Shown piece by piece: positions 9,560-18,995 of a DNA stretch of 64,000 nucleotides. The position numbers and the translations under genes were made by a program. The DNA comes from Candidatus Zipacnadia bacterium (GTDB lineage: Bacteria > Armatimonadota > Zipacnadia > Zipacnadales > Zipacnadaceae): assembly GCA_029820565.1 (NCBI GenBank), contig JALGUR010000014.1, positions 7,036 to 71,035 of the forward strand, read 5' to 3'. Under the pieces are notes generated by a model. It saw nothing but the letters and a program-made list of their open reading frames with translations. It ran no database searches and had not been told where the DNA came from. The number at the start of each line of letters is the position of its first letter. Positions within the stretch are counted from its first letter, which is position 1.

Positions 9560-10330
9560 GCGGTTGCCGTCGGAGGGGCCGGTTGAGCGCAGCGAACCCG
9601 GCCCGAAGATGCTAAGAGGATAATGAACGAACTACCCGACCGAAAACACCCGCATCGGCTACCAGACGAGGTATACAAGACTCAGCGCTCACCCATATTC
9701 GTCACTCTTGCAGTAAAGCACGGCGCTGATTCCTTCGTGCCTCGACTTGCTGGGATCGTCGTGGACGTACTGCGCGAGCGAGCAGCGCGGTTCGGACTAC
9801 ACTTGCATGCATACTGTCTAATGCCGGACCACCTGCATGTTGTATGCTCGGTGGCGAACAGCCAAAGCAGTTTCTTGTCGTTTATCAGCAGATTCAAGAG
9901 CGAAGTCAGTCGGCGCGCGCACCAGATGGGGTTGGTCGAGTTCGCTTGGGAGCGTAGCTATTGGGACAGGTATGCCAGAGACGATGAGGATGTTCTCGCG
10001 ATGATTCAGTACGTGCTCGATAATCCGGTCCGTGAGAGGTTGTGCGAACGTTGGGAAGATTGGCCGTGGTCAGAATATCTCGGAGATCCTTAAGCAAATA
10101 GGGCCGGGCTGGCAGGCCTGCGCTACGCTGGGCCTGCGGCGACCGGCCCCTCCGAACGACTACGGCCCTTTGCCCTTTAGAGGGGCCGGTTCAGCCGCCG
10201 TAGCCATACGCTACTATGGCGGAGGAGGCTTGAGCGCAGTGCTTGTCCGCCGAAGTTGTTTTGAGAGCGAAGGCGGGAACCCGGCCCGCATGCCCTACTT
10301 GCGTAATGTTCCGTACTCTATACGTCGGGC
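9560..10330 (+). mobile_element. RAYT gene plus its flanking REP/REPIN palindromes (REP family A)
   Basis: 5' flank: GGAGGGGCCGGTTGAGCGCAGCGAACCCGGCCC. The 3' flank carries inverted copies (GGCGACCGGCCCCTCCGAACG / AGAGGGGCCGGTTCAGCCGCCGTAGCC...GGCGGGAACCCGGCCCG). Confidence 0.7.
9623..10093 (+). CDS. REP-associated tyrosine transposase (RAYT), IS200/IS605-like HUH enzyme
   Basis: HUH motif (HLHVV, context HAYCLMPDHLHVV). C-terminal catalytic Tyr region (YVLDNPVRERLCERWEDWPWSEY). The gene is flanked on both sides by inverted GGAGGGGCCGGTT-type REP palindromes. Confidence 0.75.
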   Translation: MNELPDRKHPHRLPDEVYKTQRSPIFVTLAVKHGADSFVPRLAGIVVDVLRERAARFGLHLHAYCLMPDHLHVVCSVANSQSSFLSFISRFKSEVSRRAHQMGLVEFAWERSYWDRYARDDEDVLAMIQYVLDNPVRERLCERWEDWPWSEYLGDP

Positions 10331-11950
10331 TTACGCGATGTAGTCATTACCCGGCTCGGCATTGCCCCCGCTCCGACTCTTGTTCATCTGCCGTTGCAGG
10401 CCGTAGATAATGCTGTCTACCAAGGCCTGCCAACTGGCTTCAATGATATTCTCATGAGCGCCCACTGTACCCCAGACCTCCTCACCGTCAGTGGCCTCAA
10501 TCAATACCTGTACGCTTGTCGCCGTGCCTCGGGTAGTATCCAGGACTCGCACCTTATAGTCAGTCAGATGCAACTGGCGGAGGGCCGGATATTTTTCAGT
10601 CAGAGCCTTACGCAGAGCGAGGTCCAAGGCATTAACCGGCCCGGTGCCCTCGGCGGCGGTGTGGAGGGTTGCCCCGTTGACCTCCAGTTGTATGGTGGCC
10701 TCGGCACAGGGCTCAGCATCTTCCTCCCGCTTCTCCACTATGACCCGAAAGCCGTGCAACTTAAACAGTTCCGGCATAGTCTGCTGTAGGCGCTGGGCCA
10801 GCAGTTCCAGGGAAGCCTCAGCCGCCTCATAGGCATAGCCGTCATACTCCCGCTGCTTGACCTCGCTGAGCAGTTTAGCCACTACCGGGTCGTCGCGCTG
10901 CAACTGCGGCCACAGTTTCTGCAGTTTGCTAAGGACAGTGCTACGCCCGGCGTAGTCCGATACCAGAATGCGCCGCTCATTGCCCACCGCATCGGGAGGG
11001 ACATGTTCAAATGATTCGGGCGTCTTCAGCACTGCGTCCACGTGCATACCGCCTTTGTGGGCAAAGGCTGACGCACCCACATACGGCTGACGGTCATTAT
11101 GCGGCAGATTGGCGATTTCACTGACATAGTGGGAGACGGCGGTCAATTTGTTCAGATTCCCCTTGGGCAAGCACTGTCGCCCCAGTTTTAGTTCCAAGTT
11201 GGGGATGACCGTGCCCAGGTTAGCATTGCCCACCCGCTCGCCATAGCCGTTGATAGTGCCCTGCACTTGCTCCACACCACATTGCACCGCAATGATACTG
11301 TTAGCCACAGCCATCCCGTTATCATCATGGGCGTGAATGCCCAGTGGTAGGTCAAATTCGCTGGCGACAGCCTCCATGATGTCTCGTAAGTCGTCAGGTA
11401 GAGTCCCCCCATTGGTGTCACACGGCACCAGCCAATCTGCCCCGCCGCGGGCCGCCGCAGAGAGCGTCTGGAGGGCATATTCAGGGGCCGCCTTGTAGCC
11501 GTCGAAGAAATGCTCGGCGTCAAAGACTACTTCGCGGCCCTCACTCTTCACCAAGGCCACCGAATCTTCAATCATCACCAGATTCTCCGCGCGGCTGACC
11601 CGCAACACTTCAGTCACGTGCAAGTCCCAGGATTTGCCAAAAATAGTCACTACCGGAGCCTCTGAGGCGATAAGATACTGTAGATTGGAATCATCTTCCG
11701 CCTTGATTCCGCCTCGGCGTGTGCTGCCGAAGGCCGCTATCTTCGCCTGAGTCCAGTCTATATCCCGGACGCGCTGGAAAAACTCCTGGTCGCGCGGATT
11801 ACTGGCGTTGGGCCAGCCACCCTCAATATAGGCCACACCTAAATCATCCAAGCGGCGGGCCACCCGCAGTTTATCCTCCACGCTGAAGGCCACTTGCTCC
11901 GCCTGGCAACCGTCGCGCAGGGTGGTATCATAAATCTTGACAGTTTTCAT
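10331..11950 (-). CDS. cimA: (R)-citramalate synthase / 2-isopropylmalate synthase family enzyme
   Basis: MKTVKIYDTTLRDGCQ... is the HMGL-like N-terminus. The length (about 539 aa with a LeuA-type C-terminal domain) fits the family. The start at 11950 is preceded by a GGAGG ribosome-binding site. The longer ORF reaching 12085 is an upstream extension. Confidence 0.8.
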   Translation of the reverse strand: MKTVKIYDTTLRDGCQAEQVAFSVEDKLRVARRLDDLGVAYIEGGWPNASNPRDQEFFQRVRDIDWTQAKIAAFGSTRRGGIKAEDDSNLQYLIASEAPVVTIFGKSWDLHVTEVLRVSRAENLVMIEDSVALVKSEGREVVFDAEHFFDGYKAAPEYALQTLSAAARGGADWLVPCDTNGGTLPDDLRDIMEAVASEFDLPLGIHAHDDNGMAVANSIIAVQCGVEQVQGTINGYGERVGNANLGTVIPNLELKLGRQCLPKGNLNKLTAVSHYVSEIANLPHNDRQPYVGASAFAHKGGMHVDAVLKTPESFEHVPPDAVGNERRILVSDYAGRSTVLSKLQKLWPQLQRDDPVVAKLLSEVKQREYDGYAYEAAEASLELLAQRLQQTMPELFKLHGFRVIVEKREEDAEPCAEATIQLEVNGATLHTAAEGTGPVNALDLALRKALTEKYPALRQLHLTDYKVRVLDTTRGTATSVQVLIEATDGEEVWGTVGAHENIIEASWQALVDSIIYGLQRQMNKSRSGGNAEPGNDYIA

Positions 11951-12555
11951 CTCTGCTGCCTCCATTTCCGAACTACACTTCCTATACCAGAAAATCCGCC
12001 TCTGATTGCTCAGAGACGGAATAGTAACTGTTCCGCGGTACCACTCTGATTGATAGGCTTTTGGACCTATCCCCTTAGCAGACACGAGCGCCTTCTACCT
12101 GCGGCACCGATGCCCCCTCCGGATAACGGCGGAGTACCCGACTCAGCTTACTCAGTCCGAGGCTTATGAATTGACCTGTAGCCTTTCAGCGGGCGGCTCC
12201 GGGGTGATTTTGGGAAGAGCAGCGACCTACCGGGCTTCCACCAGCCCCGGCTCGCTGTCAGGCCTGCTCATCCTACTCGTCCCCTTCGTAGCCTTTGGCT
12301 TATGTGTCGGTAGTATAGCAGATTTGGTTGATTAACGCAAGCTCGGACGTTAAGCGGAGCACCGAGGTGCGGACCGTCAGGCCGGCTCCCCCTCTTGCCG
12401 CGTAGGCGAGGTTCTCTCCTTCGGCAGGCTCAGGACGGTGAGCTTGCCGAACCGTAACCTCGCCAAACTGGGTCGCGCAGGTTGAGAACCTGCGCTACGC
12501 GACGGGAAAAACATCCAACTCGGTGGGAAGGCCGTCCCCGGCCCGATTATTTAGT

Positions 12556-12640
12556 GGCACAGGCATCCTGCCTGTGGCCGGTAGGACAGGCGTCCCGCCT
12601 GTCCGTGAACGCGACGGGCGGGACGCCCATCGTACCACTT
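12556..12640. repeat. Palindromic repeat, family B: GGACAGGCGTCCCGCCTGTCC + GACGGGCGGGACGCCCRTCGTACC
   Basis: Two perfect or near-perfect inverted repeats. Copies occur at about 15391-15452, 20800-20880, 25905-26012 and 45697-45790. They generate spurious ORFs encoding the peptide GQASRLS. Confidence 0.75.
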
Positions 12641-12888
12641 CTCACTAACGGCAAGCCCGGACCACTGACTGCTGGTCGCGGCGGGGACGCCGCTCCTACA
12701 GAAAGAATGTTTATCCCATTGGCCGTGGCGGTTCCCAGTACCCAGTTCCCTGTCCACTGTCAGTTCGCGGCGGGGACGCCGCTCCTACAATAATTACCTC
12801 TTGCCCTGAGCTTGCCGAAGGGCGCCCTGATCTTGTCCGAGAGCCGTTCGCTGAATCCCTGAACCCCTGCCTCCCTGCCTCCCTGTTA

Positions 12889-15360
12889 TCAGAAGTACTG
12901 GCCCGGCAGGCTTTGGAAGCGGGCGCCGCCGCCGCCGACGCCCAGAATACGTTCGGGTGAGGGGAAGGCCTTGAGGCCCAGGTTCAGGCGAATTTCGTCC
13001 AGTTGCTTGCTGTAGGCCAGCGAGGCAATCCAGCAGTGAAACTCCCGGGTGACCTCTACATCAAGAGTATCAAACTCGCTGCGGTAGCCGCTGTAGCCCG
13101 TCAGCAACTCCACCCGCCACTTGCGGTGCACCAGCCAATCCAGTTCCATAGTGGCCCGGGTCAGTTCGCTTTCATCCAGGTCATATTCGGTGCCCAAGGT
13201 AAGATAGAACCGGGGCGGATGGACCTGGTGGAAGCGCAGGCTCAGCGGCCGCCAGCGCGAATACTCCAGGCTGTAGCCGGTCCGCAGGTCAAATTTCGAC
13301 TCGCGGCTGGGCATATATTCGCTGCTCAGCCGTATATCCCGCCAGCGATCGCCAATGAAATCAAAACCGGTAGAAAGTTCAATTCGGGAGCGATCGGGCT
13401 TGAGCCTTATCGTCCGCAGATACACATCTTGGCGGCGGCCGGCATAATCCATGCGAATAGGCGCAAAACCCCGCCGCGACTGATAGCCGTAGCGCAACTG
13501 GCTCTCCCACCCTGCGCCCAGCCCCGCCTCCAAAGTGGTATTCAGCGTGGTGATGTATTGAGCAGAACCCTCATCGTAAAACGCCTGCAAGTAGCGGCCC
13601 GAGGTACGGAGGCGCGCGCTGCCACTGAGCCGCTGAGTTCCCCCACCCAGCCGGGTATCAATGGCGCCTCGGGTTACTTTGATGTTATCGGGGTCCTGGG
13701 TGTATTTGCCCAGTTGCACCGAACTCTGTATTGGCACCCGCCCGAGTAGTTTCCAGCCATCCAGGCGGCGCGTATCAGTATTGAAGGTTACTTCGGGCAG
13801 TCTGTGGAGGCCAAAGTGTTTGTCGCCGGTGTAAGCATCACCGTCCAGATCATAGCGGTTATCGGCCAGCAGTTGCCAGTCAAAGTGACTCAGTTGGCGC
13901 TGGTACTCAAATTGAGCATCCAATTCCTCATCAGCGGCTTCTCCAGCGCCCCGGCTGTAGCGCCGCATATTGCTCTGCAAACCCCACCGCTCCCCGGCGC
14001 CCATACTTTGTCGCCAGTGAAAGTTAGTAGTGAATCGGCGACTGGTGCTGTAACTGCTGCGATTCAGGTAGCGCTGAAAGCCTAATTGCGAATCGCTATT
14101 GTTATCATTGTGTCTGAGCATCAAGTCAGCCGACTGTGAGGTAGTGCTGCCGAAGTAGCCGCTACGTTGTTGGTAACTGCCGCGCAGGTTAGATTGCAGG
14201 TGTGGACTGAACTTGTAATTATGGCGCAGCCGGGTCATCATCGCCCCTTCGGAGGGCTCAAATAATATAGAGCCTTCCCCGGTCTGCTTGTCTGTATAGA
14301 TAGAGTGGTCCACGCCCAGGGCAATTCCGCGCTTCTGGGTCAGATTCAGTCTTACCAACCCTTCCGCGGCTTGCCCGGCCAGATACATATAGGCAAGTTT
14401 GGCGTAATAACCTTCTACATTGTTCTGCCCCAGTTCGGGAATGAGCCGGTTTTTCTTCTCTTCCAGAGAAGCCACCAGGTTAAACGGCAGCCAGAATACG
14501 CGTGTGCTGCCTATATAGAAAGAAGGCTTTTTGATTTTTACTTTCCGGCCTGGGCGCAGCTCAATCGCCTTGGACCGCACGCTATAATGCGGATGCGGCA
14601 GATTGCACGAGGTCAGGCCGCCCCGGAACGCCTCAATGAGATCGCCTTCACCGCTCCCTTTCACTTGCTGGCCGGCGGCGAACAGTGGCTCCAGCACCTG
14701 CTCTTTCTCAAAGAACTCTGGTTCTACCTGGGTGCGACCCTGCCGGATTTCCCACTGCTCAGTGTCCAGGTTAATCAGTAGCCTCTCGGCTGTAGTAACT
14801 TGATTTTCCGATTCCATTACCACATTGCCGTGGAATTGGGCCCACTCTTTGTCCTCGTCAATCTCCACCACGTCCGCCCGCACCGTAAGTTCCTCACCGC
14901 GCACCACTACGTTGCCCCGACCGATGGTCGCTCCGGCCTCATAGTAGACCTCATCAGCCTCCACTGTAATCTTATCGCCGACCGGCTGCCCCGGAAATGG
15001 CGTAGCCTCCGGTTGTTCTGCGGCAACCGGAGGCTGTTGCTCAGACGGCACTTGATTCTCGGCGAGCGGAGTCTCAGGAACGGGCGGGATGGCTCCCTCT
15101 TCGGCCGCCACCACCTCTTCATCCTCCTGTTCTTCTGCCTCAGACTGCTCGTCCACATCAGGGGTGTTCTGCGCTAATTGTACTGACGCCCGGCGCGGCT
15201 GTCGCGTCAAAGTAGCCTGGGATTGACCGTAAGTTGCCGCTGGCACAGCGACCATCAGCACTAAGGCCACAAGCACCGGCACCAGGTTGCCAAGCGTCAG
15301 TGTTAACCTATTCCAGCCAGAAGAATCTGCCAGTGATGTCAACTTCAGATGCCCAGACAT
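12889..15360 (-). CDS. lptD: LPS-assembly outer-membrane protein LptD (OstA family)
   Basis: Signal peptide, an OstA-like N-terminal beta-jellyroll (KITVEADEVYYEAGATIGRGNVVVRGEELTVRADVVEID...WEI), and a roughly 600-aa C-terminal region with beta-barrel character. It sits next to lptF/G. Confidence 0.6.
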   Translation of the reverse strand: MSGHLKLTSLADSSGWNRLTLTLGNLVPVLVALVLMVAVPAATYGQSQATLTRQPRRASVQLAQNTPDVDEQSEAEEQEDEEVVAAEEGAIPPVPETPLAENQVPSEQQPPVAAEQPEATPFPGQPVGDKITVEADEVYYEAGATIGRGNVVVRGEELTVRADVVEIDEDKEWAQFHGNVVMESENQVTTAERLLINLDTEQWEIRQGRTQVEPEFFEKEQVLEPLFAAGQQVKGSGEGDLIEAFRGGLTSCNLPHPHYSVRSKAIELRPGRKVKIKKPSFYIGSTRVFWLPFNLVASLEEKKNRLIPELGQNNVEGYYAKLAYMYLAGQAAEGLVRLNLTQKRGIALGVDHSIYTDKQTGEGSILFEPSEGAMMTRLRHNYKFSPHLQSNLRGSYQQRSGYFGSTTSQSADLMLRHNDNNSDSQLGFQRYLNRSSYSTSRRFTTNFHWRQSMGAGERWGLQSNMRRYSRGAGEAADEELDAQFEYQRQLSHFDWQLLADNRYDLDGDAYTGDKHFGLHRLPEVTFNTDTRRLDGWKLLGRVPIQSSVQLGKYTQDPDNIKVTRGAIDTRLGGGTQRLSGSARLRTSGRYLQAFYDEGSAQYITTLNTTLEAGLGAGWESQLRYGYQSRRGFAPIRMDYAGRRQDVYLRTIRLKPDRSRIELSTGFDFIGDRWRDIRLSSEYMPSRESKFDLRTGYSLEYSRWRPLSLRFHQVHPPRFYLTLGTEYDLDESELTRATMELDWLVHRKWRVELLTGYSGYRSEFDTLDVEVTREFHCWIASLAYSKQLDEIRLNLGLKAFPSPERILGVGGGGARFQSLPGQYF

Positions 15361-15460
15361 AAGTCAAACCGCATAATTTCAGCCTTATTCGGTAGGACAG
15401 GCGTCTCGCCTGTCCAGGCGCGTGACGGGCGGGACGCCCGTCGTACCGCTGGGCCAGCGC

Positions 15461-16531
15461 TTATCGGTAGCGCCACAGCGCCCAAACAGAAATGAGCACA
15501 ATTGCCCCATTTTGCAACCATCCCGATAGGGCGGCAGGCAGGCTGCCGGCCTCGCCCAGCATGCGCAGCCACAACATTATGACATAATACACAAAGGCCA
15601 CCACCAGAGTCATCATCACCCCCACCAGGCTCTCGCCGCGACTAAAGCGTAGGGTAAGGGGCGCGGCCAGCAGGGCAAAGACCAGACAAGACGCCGCCAG
15701 AGCCAGCCGCCAGTGTAATTCCACCATATACCGGCGCCCAGCGCCAGGATGCTGGCCTTCTATCTGCTGCCACTTGGTCAGCAACTGGCCCATTTTCATA
15801 TTCGCCAGCGTCTGGATTTGCCCGGGCAGATGGGCAAAAACTTCTTCTAAGTTGACCTTGACCCCTGCGGCTGGTCCCCAGGTGAGACGCCCTTGTTTAT
15901 CTAAATGGTAGAAGTCAGCCGCACTGGTTTGCAGGCCCTGGGCCGTAAAGGTAGCCTTCTCAGCCCGGGTAAATATGGGGAAATCCCGGGCCTGGACCTG
16001 GAATACATGTACTCCTTTAAGTTGATCACGACTGGTGTCCACGTCCTCCACAAAAAAGTGCAGGTCGCGGCCGGTGCTGGTGAATTTGCCCGGGCGGAAG
16101 GCCAAGGCGCGCTGGCTAAGCACAATCTGGCGCAGCATCCGCTCGCCCTCCTGGTCAGCCCACGGCACCACATATTCACTCAGAGCCACCGAGGCCACCG
16201 AGGCTCCGACGCCCAGCACCAGCGCGGGCATCACCAGTCGCAGCAGGCTGCTGCCTGCGCTGCGCAGCGCCGTCAGTTCGTTCTCATTGGCTAACCGATT
16301 CAACCCCAGCGAACAGGCCAGCAGCGTGGAGACCGGCAGGGCCAGCATAGTCGCCTGAGGCACCTGGAGGAGTAAGAACTTGGCGATATTAGGCAGCGGC
16401 ACGCCGTGTTCAACAATTACCTGCACGACCGTAAACAAGATGTGCCCGGTTATGAGCACCACAAAGGTCAGTACCCCAACGGCGAAAGGGCCCAGTATCT
16501 CCTTGAATAAGTATTTGTCAACTAACTTCAC
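15461..16531 (-). CDS. LPS export ABC permease, LptF/LptG (YjgP/YjgQ) family
   Basis: MKLVDKYLFKEILGPF... is a typical LptF/G N-terminus, with 6 TM segments and a periplasmic insert. 356 aa. Confidence 0.75.
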   Translation of the reverse strand: MKLVDKYLFKEILGPFAVGVLTFVVLITGHILFTVVQVIVEHGVPLPNIAKFLLLQVPQATMLALPVSTLLACSLGLNRLANENELTALRSAGSSLLRLVMPALVLGVGASVASVALSEYVVPWADQEGERMLRQIVLSQRALAFRPGKFTSTGRDLHFFVEDVDTSRDQLKGVHVFQVQARDFPIFTRAEKATFTAQGLQTSAADFYHLDKQGRLTWGPAAGVKVNLEEVFAHLPGQIQTLANMKMGQLLTKWQQIEGQHPGAGRRYMVELHWRLALAASCLVFALLAAPLTLRFSRGESLVGVMMTLVVAFVYYVIMLWLRMLGEAGSLPAALSGWLQNGAIVLISVWALWRYR

Positions 16532-16623
16532 ATCTGTATCTCCAGACTACTGACAACCGCCGATTGTTCCGACTATTGCATCTATATTACTCGTCGCCAC
16601 CACATTTTCCTGCCTTAAGCGCA

Positions 16624-16659
16624 AGCAACAAAAGAGCCGCCTGCAAATGCAGGCGGCTC
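16624..16659 (-). terminator. Intrinsic terminator downstream of the peptidase gene
   Basis: Perfect 12-bp stem GAGCCGCCTGCA/TGCAGGCGGCTC with a 3-nt loop. On the minus strand it is followed by TTTTGTTGC. Confidence 0.6.
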
Positions 16660-16691
16660 CGGTTCAGCGTTGTAGGCAGTCACTTACCCTA

Positions 16692-18773
16692 CTAACGCGG
16701 CTGGATCTTCAGACGCTGCTGAAGCTGGTTGGTCTGCCGATTGCGTATCTGCAAGTCAAGGTCCCCCGCCGACAGATTACCCCATTGGGTAGGCTGCAGG
16801 ATGGCTTTGGTACCCGCCTGCAGTGCGATATTGCCGAAGGTAGTCTGGTGCATGCCCTGCCCTCGCCGGCCGTGGAGGGTCATATCGAACTGACCGCCCT
16901 GTTGGCAGATGATTATGATTGAGGATCCATTGGCGGCTGGAATTAGCTGTAGGCTCTGGGCGCCCAGGTTGCGCAGGTTCTGTAACTCGAACACCCGGTC
17001 GCCGATAGCCAGCGACTTGATTATTAGCAGCCGCGTAGGCTGGAAGGCAGCAGGGTCGGGCAATGATAACTCACGGTCGTCCCGTACGATGTTACGGACC
17101 TGCACCTCCCCGCTACCGGTTCCCTCGGCCACAAAGGCCGAACCAGGCATAAAGCAGCGAAAGACCTTGGCCTGCGCGCCCTGCAGGTTGAAGGTCAGGC
17201 TTTTGCCCGACGCCTCACTGAAGATAAAAGTCTGGGGCGCGTCAGGGGGCACCGGCCCGCCGGTCAACGGAATGAACTTCATTGAGAAGGGGATGCGAGT
17301 AGCCGGGTTCTCGTTGACAGTACCGTCGGCATTAAAGAAAGTGTGGCCCGCTTCATCGGTAATCTGCCGAACTTCGGTATCAGCCCCGACTACAGCGATA
17401 GCCGTCTCCGCGCCCAAGCCCCCCACTGCCTCGGTGGGCAGATGCGGCGGGGTGATGCACTCGGCGTAAGTCAAGCAGACGGCCTTGAAGTAACCTCCGT
17501 AGCTGAAGGTATTGGCCCCCCAAGCCACATGCGCCACATTGGGGTCGTGGCCCCCACTCTCTGTCTCTGAGTATGGATTGTTATTGTCGTACAAGCGTAT
17601 TTGGCGGTCGTCACCGCTAACCTGCGTCCCATAGCATACCACCGCATGCCCTCCAGTGCCGCTCCACATACCCAACACCGGGCGGGTGGGCAGGAGGTTT
17701 GACTGCACGCGATTCCAGACATCTCGGTGCGATTGGGTGTTGTAGTAGTTGTTGATGTGGGTGGCCAATTCCAGACTGAGCTGTCCGCCCTGGTCCTCCT
17801 GAACGCTCTCCCGAGTCTGGGTGCACCACGGGTACCGCCAGACAAAGTTCTGATGGTTGGCCGGATTGGCAAACCACCCGTGATGGTAAGTGGTTATGTT
17901 ATCGTTGTAGCCCCGCAGACTGGAAACGCTCATCCCATAGCAGTTGCCACCACGCCCCACACGCTTATAGTGAGCGTTATACCACGCTTCAGCCGCCGGC
18001 TTGGGGCTGCCGTCGGGATTCTCTACGGCACTGGCCCCAAAGAAATCCCGGTATAGATGCCAGGCAATGGTATCCCGGCTGAAGTTGGAGAACTTCCAAC
18101 CCCAGTAGCCCCGATAGCCCCGCGGTGCAACTATCCGATACTGTTTAGTCGCGCTGTCCTTCGCCGTCGCGGTATTACGGGCATAAACATCATGCTCGGC
18201 TCCCACACTCGCGCCGGCCGGCACCCGAAATGCCAGTGAGTTGGGGAAGAACTCTACACCCCAACCCAGGTAGTGAGTCTCCACCGGACTGCCATCAAAG
18301 TATATCTGGCAGTCATCATTCAGGAGAAGCCCGAAGGCATACGCCCAACAGCCAGGGCAGCCCTCGTCAGGCCAGAATTCGGTGATGCTCAGCCTCAGAC
18401 GCAGAATCGGTCCCACCCTGATCAGCTGTCTGGCCCTTACTATCGGCAGCGTAGCGGTAGGCAAAGCCAGATGTTCGGCCCATTTAGGACTCATCGCCGT
18501 CAGCAGGCTTTCTTGCAGATCGGGCGGTAGTCCACGGAATTGCTGGACACACTCAGTCTGTTTGTCGTCCTTGACTTTGTGCTGAGCTAACACCTGCCTG
18601 AACGCCTGTGAACGCTTCACGGCCGACAACTGTAGTCTTAGCGTCGGCGCGGGCTTCATTATGACCCGCCTGGGCGCCCGCAACACCGCTGGCGCTGCCT
18701 CTGCTCCTACCACTACCACCAAGATTAGCAATCCAGCCGCCATCGCTCGCATCATCTTCATCATTTCTATCAT
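16692..18773 (-). CDS. Secreted protein, putative papain-like (C1-like) cysteine peptidase with C-terminal extension domains
   Basis: Signal peptide. Cys motif RGGNCYGMSVSS, His motif TGGHAVVCYG, and WGANTFSYGGYFKAV resembling NSWG..GY.RI of clan CA peptidases. Confidence 0.4.
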   Translation of the reverse strand: MIEMMKMMRAMAAGLLILVVVVGAEAAPAVLRAPRRVIMKPAPTLRLQLSAVKRSQAFRQVLAQHKVKDDKQTECVQQFRGLPPDLQESLLTAMSPKWAEHLALPTATLPIVRARQLIRVGPILRLRLSITEFWPDEGCPGCWAYAFGLLLNDDCQIYFDGSPVETHYLGWGVEFFPNSLAFRVPAGASVGAEHDVYARNTATAKDSATKQYRIVAPRGYRGYWGWKFSNFSRDTIAWHLYRDFFGASAVENPDGSPKPAAEAWYNAHYKRVGRGGNCYGMSVSSLRGYNDNITTYHHGWFANPANHQNFVWRYPWCTQTRESVQEDQGGQLSLELATHINNYYNTQSHRDVWNRVQSNLLPTRPVLGMWSGTGGHAVVCYGTQVSGDDRQIRLYDNNNPYSETESGGHDPNVAHVAWGANTFSYGGYFKAVCLTYAECITPPHLPTEAVGGLGAETAIAVVGADTEVRQITDEAGHTFFNADGTVNENPATRIPFSMKFIPLTGGPVPPDAPQTFIFSEASGKSLTFNLQGAQAKVFRCFMPGSAFVAEGTGSGEVQVRNIVRDDRELSLPDPAAFQPTRLLIIKSLAIGDRVFELQNLRNLGAQSLQLIPAANGSSIIIICQQGGQFDMTLHGRRGQGMHQTTFGNIALQAGTKAILQPTQWGNLSAGDLDLQIRNRQTNQLQQRLKIQPR

Positions 18774-18995
18774 CTCCTTTGTGATTATTATTCTGGTACG
18801 TCTCCAATTTACTTAGTCTCTATTCCACGGTGCATCCCTCCTTCACACCATAGTTTTCACTGTAATTTCTCTGCTCGCCAAAGTATTCCTCCCTCGCACA
18901 CAGGAGGTGATATGTACTCGCCGATGAATACTTATTCACCGTAGGCATTATACACCGTTCATTACGGCTCCTGAAAGTGACGAGGGGCGATAGAT

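Noticed and set aside
12086-12480. Possible T-box or leucine-type leader upstream of cimA, and a T-box upstream of argS
   Set aside because: No GGGTGGTACCGCG-like box is visible. The near match GGGGGCATCGGTGCCGCAG deviates at key positions. argS has no leader at all, with only a 4-nt gap after the DUF1385 gene. The cimA upstream region is largely occupied by a family-C/B repeat insertion.
12482-12793. ORFs of 60-100 aa (12482-12793, 25846-26052, 45697-45978 and others) that share the peptide GQASRLS/VGQASRLS
   Set aside because: They are read-through translations of the family-B palindromic repeat (GGACAGGCGTCCCGCCTGTCC). They have no ribosome-binding site, overlap other repeats, and change length at every copy.
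18912-18944. 10-codon mini-ORF (MYSPMNTYSP) with AGGAGGTGA just upstream of gspE/pilB
   Set aside because: The RBS-to-ATG spacing is only 3-4 nt, and nothing supports a leader-peptide role. It is probably a chance occurrence.
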